A stretch of DNA of 32,000 nucleotides from Mycoplasma sp. P36-A1 (lineage in GTDB: Bacteria; Bacillota_I; Bacilli_A; JAJDGJ01), in NCBI RefSeq assembly GCF_049478495.1, contig NZ_CP168083.1, positions 892,450-924,449 on the forward strand. Direction: 5' to 3'. The position numbers and the translations under genes were made by a program. Below, in pieces: positions 28,093 through 32,000 of this stretch. The notes under the pieces were generated by a model that saw only the letters and a program-made list of their open reading frames with translations, was not told where the DNA came from and did no database searches. The first letter of the stretch is position 1, and the number at the start of each line of letters is the position of its first letter.

Positions 28093-29043
28093 ATGAAATT
28101 TAACAATAATGATAAAACAGGAGTTTTATTTATCGTAATAGGACTATTAATGTTTTTAGCATCAATCCAAAATTTTTACAGCTTTTCTTTGTACTATGTT
28201 GTAATAAATGCATTAATCATATATGTTATTTATAGAGGAATTAGATCAACAGATATGATAATAACATTAGTAGGATTATCATTTTTAGTTATTATTAATC
28301 AAGATCAACTAGGAATTAGATTTTACAGTGATATCTATTTAATAGTAGCTGCATTTTTATTAGGAATAGGACTTAATAAAATCTTTGGATTAAAAAATAC
28401 AATGTCAATGAGTGAACGTGATGATCAATTTTCTGAGTCAGTTATTGGAAAAATATTTAAAACAACACCACATGATGATTCAAAAGGTAGTTTTTTTGAT
28501 GAACCAGCAAAAAAAGAAAGTAGCACTAAGAATGATAAACCATCATTTTTTAATGATAATCACACAACAGAAAGTAATGGTACATCTGATTCACTTGAAA
28601 ATAAAGATATAAATAAAGATATAAATAAAGAAATGACTGAAGATACTTTTAAAGAAGAAACAGCTAGTGATTCTTCTTTAAATAATACAACAACAATACT
28701 AGAAAATGAAAATTATTATGAAAATAATGAATTAATCAATATTTTCAATAGAGATGCAAGTGTAAACTATTGTGCTAAGGCAACAGAACTTACCGATGTA
28801 AAAATAGATAACAAATTTGGAAAAACTACTTTAGATTTAACACAAACGACATTTAGTAGATTAGGTGCTTTAGTTACTATTACTAATATTAATGGTGAAA
28901 TAATACTTATTATTAATAACAATGTAATTCTTAAAGATTTTGTAAATGATGAAATATCAGTTATTGATAATCAAGTAGCTAATAAAACATTAACTATTAA
29001 AGGTGAAAACAATAACGCTTCACTAATAGTTCAATATAAGTAA
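28093..29043 (+). CDS. Membrane protein: N-terminal TM bundle, Asn/Asp/Ser/Lys-rich linker, C-terminal beta-rich domain (possibly LiaF/DUF2154-like)
   Basis: Strong SD AAAGGAGGA. Four hydrophobic segments in residues 10-100. The C-terminal KFGKTTLDLTQTTF...TITNINGEIILIINNNVILK resembles the LiaF-type C-terminal domain pattern. Confidence 0.55.
   Translation: MKFNNNDKTGVLFIVIGLLMFLASIQNFYSFSLYYVVINALIIYVIYRGIRSTDMIITLVGLSFLVIINQDQLGIRFYSDIYLIVAAFLLGIGLNKIFGLKNTMSMSERDDQFSESVIGKIFKTTPHDDSKGSFFDEPAKKESSTKNDKPSFFNDNHTTESNGTSDSLENKDINKDINKEMTEDTFKEETASDSSLNNTTTILENENYYENNELINIFNRDASVNYCAKATELTDVKIDNKFGKTTLDLTQTTFSRLGALVTITNINGEIILIINNNVILKDFVNDEISVIDNQVANKTLTIKGENNNASLIVQYK
28599..28631 (+). repeat. 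12-bp tandem repeat (about 2.7 copies) inside the linker of the membrane protein
   Basis: AAATAAAGATAT repeated at 28599-28610 and 28611-28622, partial copy to 28631. Encodes KDINKDINKE. Confidence 0.7.
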
Positions 29044-29076
29044 AAAAAAATGACATCTTAAATGTCATTTTTTTAT
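29044..29076. terminator. Bidirectional rho-independent terminator between convergent genes
   Basis: A-run, stem AAATGACAT / ATGTCATTT with a 5-nt loop, then T-run. Works on both strands. Confidence 0.85.
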
Positions 29077-29097
29077 ATTAGATATACCACTTTTTAT

Positions 29098-29652
29098 TTA
29101 TGTTGTAGTATATAGAACAGTAATGTTTTGTTGGCTATATCCACTAAATGTAGCTAGCTCAATTCTTTTAATAAGATAATCAGACTCACTAATATTGACA
29201 TAAAAGTATAAGACAGTATCATCATATCTATTATTAGTATATATATTGAACTGTACAGTACATCTTATAGGATTTTTAAATTTATCTATAGACAAATAAC
29301 TCTTAGATGTTAAGTGATACCAATCATGTTCAATACTTTCAAAATTATAAGCTGAAATATATTGAAAAGGGACTTTTTTTATTCTTTTTGTAGGTGTAAA
29401 AGGATCAGTTTCCAATGTAGATATCAAAGGCTTGCTTAAAATAATCTTAGCATCATTATTTAATTTTAAATGTAAAGAATACAAAATAATTTTTTTAATA
29501 CTATTATCAAGATTTTTGTTAACTAATAATTCATTGTATAAAAAACTGTATAAATTATTATTAATATTTTGAAGATAATTATAATCATCATTTGATAGTT
29601 GAAATGAGTCTATATCATTAAAATCGATATTTAAAAGATTTGTATTGTTCAT
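29098..29652 (-). CDS. Hypothetical protein (184 aa), no family recognised
   Basis: Strong SD (AAAGGAG on the - strand) 7 nt before the ATG. Asn-rich N-terminal half and a beta-rich C-terminal half. Ends at the bidirectional terminator. Confidence 0.6.
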   Translation of the reverse strand: MNNTNLLNIDFNDIDSFQLSNDDYNYLQNINNNLYSFLYNELLVNKNLDNSIKKIILYSLHLKLNNDAKIILSKPLISTLETDPFTPTKRIKKVPFQYISAYNFESIEHDWYHLTSKSYLSIDKFKNPIRCTVQFNIYTNNRYDDTVLYFYVNISESDYLIKRIELATFSGYSQQNITVLYTTT

Positions 29653-29678
29653 ACTAATGCTCCTTTACTTATAGCAAA

Positions 29679-29707
29679 TTGACAATAGTTGCTATATGGT
29701 GTATTAT
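29679..29707 (+). promoter_or_regulatory. Sigma-A promoter for the TPP riboswitch and thiT
   Basis: Perfect TTGACA (29679-84), 17-nt spacer, TATTAT (29702-07). Confidence 0.7.
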
Positions 29708-29730
29708 ATAAATGTAAAAAATAAATAGAT

Positions 29731-29813
29731 TGCAGGGGTACTTATATTACATAAGTTGAGAGGAATTAATTCCGACCCTTTGAACCTGTTAGTTAATACT
29801 ATCGTAGGGAGCC
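29731..29813 (+). promoter_or_regulatory. TPP (THI-box) riboswitch aptamer
   Basis: GGGGTAC...TTGAGAG...GACCCTTTGAACCTG...CGTAGGGA matches the TPP riboswitch core (GGGGUGC / CUGAGA / ACCCUUUGAACCUGAUC / GCGUAGGGA), with supporting helices ACTTAT/ATAAGT and TAGT/ACTA. The downstream gene is thiT. Confidence 0.92.
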
Positions 29814-29826
29814 GCTAAAAACGACA

Positions 29827-29857
29827 AGCACCAATTACTGATAGATGGTGTTTTTTC
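29827..29857 (+). terminator. Riboswitch expression-platform terminator
   Basis: Stem AGCACCA / TGGTGTT (one G-U pair) with a 12-nt loop followed by TTTTTT, between the aptamer and the thiT SD. Confidence 0.7.
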
Positions 29858-29891
29858 TTTGCCTCGCAATCAAAAAGGAGAAAAGAATATT

Positions 29892-30380
29892 ATGAGTACA
29901 AGAGAGTTGACACGTATTGCTCTAATTGCAGCAATCGCAACAGTATTATCATTATTTAAGGTGTTTCAAATGCCTCAGGGAGGAAGTATAACATTATATC
30001 TATTCCCATTGTATATTGCAGTAGCCAATGAAAAATTGAGAAATTGCTTTTTTGTAGGATTAGTTGTTTCAATATTACAAATGTTATTAGGTGGTCAAAT
30101 GACAAACTTATTCTCCGGACTGTTTGATTACATAATTCCAGTAGTTGCAATAGTAACATGTGGAATGTTTAAACAAAATATATATGTTAATATTGCAATT
30201 GGATCAATAATTGCATTAGCATCATATACATTATCTGGAATGATCTTCTGGCAAACACCATTTGTTGCATCACTTACATACAATGCAACATACTTTATTC
30301 CAACTGTAATTGTTAATGTAATAATATTTGCTTTAGCAAATGTTCAAATTTCAAAAGCATATAAAACAATTAATAATTAA
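29892..30380 (+). CDS. thiT: Thiamine transporter ThiT (ECF-type S component)
   Basis: 162 aa, 6 TM. Has MPQGGSITL and SLTYNATY motifs shared with B. subtilis ThiT (YuaJ) and is preceded by a TPP riboswitch. ATG at 29892 follows AAAAGGAGAA. Confidence 0.88.
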   Translation: MSTRELTRIALIAAIATVLSLFKVFQMPQGGSITLYLFPLYIAVANEKLRNCFFVGLVVSILQMLLGGQMTNLFSGLFDYIIPVVAIVTCGMFKQNIYVNIAIGSIIALASYTLSGMIFWQTPFVASLTYNATYFIPTVIVNVIIFALANVQISKAYKTINN

Positions 30381-30385
30381 ACAAA

Positions 30386-30414
30386 GAAAAATCCTTTTTA
30401 TAGGATTTTTTTTA
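30386..30414. terminator. Bidirectional rho-independent terminator between thiT and the convergent - strand gene
   Basis: AAAAATCCT / AGGATTTTT stem flanked by A-run and T-run. Confidence 0.8.
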
Positions 30415-31161
30415 TTTTCTGATATTTCTAAAATTTTCAATTCTTTGAAAATGAGACTCAAATTTTCTTTTAGTAACTATTTTATCTATATTATCATTTT
30501 CAAAACTTGCAATTCCTTTAATCTTCATTCCATCAGTATAATTTGAAACAACAATACCTTTAAATATAAAATCAGCATAAATTGAATTTTTTTTATCAAA
30601 TTCAAAAATTGCCCATTTCTTTTTGATAGCCATTTTAGCTTGGATACCAGTTTTACGACTTTTTGTTTCATAAATTATTTTATTATCATAATCAATAATA
30701 TCAGCTTCAATCCTAATAGAATTAAGTGTTATAACTCTATTACAAGAATAATTATTACCTAATACCTTTAAATCTTTAAGATAATTTAAAGCAGCTCTTT
30801 CTGCTTTATCTCCTTCTTTTTCCATATGATTGATTGATTTTTCAAATAAAAAATATGATTTTTCAAAACCGTATTGTTTAACCTTCAATTCACTCATACT
30901 TTCTACAATACTAATACGATACTTCCTTTTATTTATAGGGATATCTTTATATTTTAATCTCTTGTGAAGATTGTTTGAATTTGCATTATTTAAATTATTT
31001 GATGAACTGTTCTTATTATTTGAAAATTTAGTTTTGTGTGAGTTTGTTTTTTTATTTTTTAAAATACAATTAGCATCTTTATTATTAGCCTTTAAATTAT
31101 TTGTATTTTTTTTATTATAACTTTTTTCTTTAGCATTAGCTGCAGTTTGTTCTATAATCAT
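30412..31161 (-). CDS. Putative PD-(D/E)xK-fold nuclease-like protein (NERD/YraN-like motif pattern) with a long Asn/Lys-rich N-terminal tail
   Basis: 249 aa. SD AAGGAAGGTGA. Residues 1-75 are low complexity and basic. The core GDKAERAALNYLKDL...IRIEADIIDYDNKIIYETKSRK shows the G-x-x-AE helix followed by a D...E-x-K arrangement typical of restriction-endonuclease-like folds. Confidence 0.45.
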   Translation of the reverse strand: MIIEQTAANAKEKSYNKKNTNNLKANNKDANCILKNKKTNSHKTKFSNNKNSSSNNLNNANSNNLHKRLKYKDIPINKRKYRISIVESMSELKVKQYGFEKSYFLFEKSINHMEKEGDKAERAALNYLKDLKVLGNNYSCNRVITLNSIRIEADIIDYDNKIIYETKSRKTGIQAKMAIKKKWAIFEFDKKNSIYADFIFKGIVVSNYTDGMKIKGIASFENDNIDKIVTKRKFESHFQRIENFRNIRK

Positions 31162-31224
31162 TTATTCACCTTCCTTATGTTTTAAATGCATCATCTGCAT
31201 TTTTACTCAACAACGCCTTTATAC

Positions 31225-31233
31225 ATTATAACA
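31225..31233 (-). promoter_or_regulatory. Extended -10 promoter element for the nuclease-like gene
   Basis: The - strand reads TGTTATAAT (complement of 31233-31225), about 60 nt upstream of the ATG at 31161. Confidence 0.5.
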
Positions 31234-31282
31234 AAAATTAGACATAATTATAAGTATATATCATGCATATAAGTTTAAATAA

Positions 31283-31314
31283 AATAAAAAAGACTGTATA
31301 TTTACACAGTCTTT
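31283..31314 (-). terminator. Rho-independent terminator of the XRE gene (- strand)
   Basis: On the - strand, AAAGACTGTG / TACAGTCTTT-type stem (AGACTGT/ACAGTCT) followed by TTTTTT. Confidence 0.75.
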
Positions 31315-31344
31315 ATACTCTTCATAGTCTACTTTTAGTCATTT

Positions 31345-31369
31345 TATATGATTTATCAAAAATCATATA
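31345..31369. repeat. Perfect 10-bp inverted repeat with a 5-bp spacer
   Basis: TATATGATTT atcaa AAATCATATA. Lies between the XRE stop codon and its terminator. Confidence 0.8.
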
Positions 31370-31421
31370 GTTGATTAGTTGTTTGTTGTTAATTTAATCA
31401 AACTCCCAATATTTGATTATT

Positions 31422-31637
31422 TTAAGCGATTGAATTTACGTGATCGTTTAAAAACAACTCATCTGGTGTACATTCTAAATAACTTGCAATTTTAACTGCT
31501 AAATCATAAGAAAGTTTTCTATTACCTTTTTCAATTAAAGATAAATAGCTTTTAGAAATACAGCAATGGTTTGCTAATTCGTGAAGTGTAACTTTCTTAT
31601 TTTTTCTTGTATAATGTAAAACTTCATACTTGTACAT
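31422..31637 (-). CDS. XRE/Cro-family helix-turn-helix transcriptional regulator
   Basis: 71 aa. VTLHELANHCCISKSYLSLIEKGNRKLSYDLAVKIASYL is a classic HTH_3 pattern. SD AGGGGGAA upstream. Confidence 0.88.
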   Translation of the reverse strand: MYKYEVLHYTRKNKKVTLHELANHCCISKSYLSLIEKGNRKLSYDLAVKIASYLECTPDELFLNDHVNSIA

Positions 31638-32000
31638 GTAAATTTTCCCCCTTTAATTCATATCTAACTACATTTTAACAAATATAATTATAAAATAAAA
31701 GCTTTTTGTCAAAAAAAGTTTTAAATAAACAATAAAACTGTATTACTTTTATTAATAAAATATTAAATATAAATAATAAATGTCTAGTTTGTTATAAATA
31801 ATTACAGGTTTATACTGTTATATTGACAAAAAACTGTCATTATCTACTTATTGTTGAAATATTAGACTTGTATATTGCAAATATGTAATTATTAAATGTT
31901 TATTTAACCATACAGTAATTATAAAGTATTCAAATTAAAATATATAAAAATTATATATGTTTTTTTAGCCTTTGTTATTATTTAATGAAATTTATTATAA

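Noticed and set aside
28412-28612. + strand 66-aa ORF in an alternative frame inside the 316-aa membrane protein gene; also 29956-30159 (-) inside thiT and 30340-30546 (+) opposite the nuclease-like gene
   Set aside because: They are embedded in or opposite better-supported genes, have no SD and no recognisable motifs. The 30340 ORF also runs through a bidirectional terminator.
13027-29891. Upstream-extended starts given by the ORF track for tkt (13027), rdgB (16338), the 162-aa protein (17483), rplU (21388), obg (22334), nadE (23622) and thiT (29859)
   Set aside because: In each case an in-frame ATG a few codons downstream sits 6-10 nt after a clear Shine-Dalgarno sequence and matches the conserved N-terminus of the family. 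The extensions would run through terminators, leaders or the preceding gene.
1-32000. Looked for CRISPR arrays, IS elements with terminal inverted repeats, integrase or transposase genes, rRNA/tRNA genes, and alternative genetic code 4
   Set aside because: I saw no regularly spaced direct repeats, no transposase- or integrase-like ORFs and no rRNA or tRNA signatures. Code 4 is excluded because conserved genes are full length under code 11 and TGA ends the DUF1312 gene at 27545-27547.

Overview
This is a very AT-rich, gene-dense window. Nearly all genes lie on the + strand from 102 to 29043, and a small mixed-strand patch sits at the 3' end. The standard genetic code applies: conserved genes are intact at normal lengths under code 11, and TGA acts as a stop at 27545-27547. 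Gene content and order match the core chromosome of a low-GC Bacillota/Mycoplasmatota-type organism (Bacillus-like synteny blocks, possibly an Acholeplasma- or Erysipelotrichia-like lineage; taxonomy is inference only). The conserved blocks are mutM-coaE-nfo-recJ, apt-rel, hisS-aspS, ynzC-ppiB-tkt-yneF, a citC-like gene with rdgB-trmL, uvrC, rplU-prp-rpmA-obg, nadE-ruvA-ruvB, an apbE / NusG-domain-II / Gx-transporter / membrane-protein module, and a TPP riboswitch with thiT. I saw no rRNA, tRNA, CRISPR array, transposase or integrase. The parts worth a second look are: (1) a GC-enriched, highly structured leader of about 150 nt between ruvB and apbE that matches no riboswitch class I can recall; (2) a nitrilase-superfamily paralogue that has lost its catalytic Glu and Cys and abuts a threonine-aldolase-like gene; (3) an orphan three-gene patch at 17.5-19.3 kb; (4) a 3' accessory patch holding a PD-(D/E)xK-like protein with a long Asn/Lys-rich tail, an orphan 184-aa protein and a stand-alone XRE regulator; (5) an orphan CitC-like ligase with no citrate lyase genes nearby. 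All calls come from reading the sequence and the ORF track by eye. No searches or folding programs were run.
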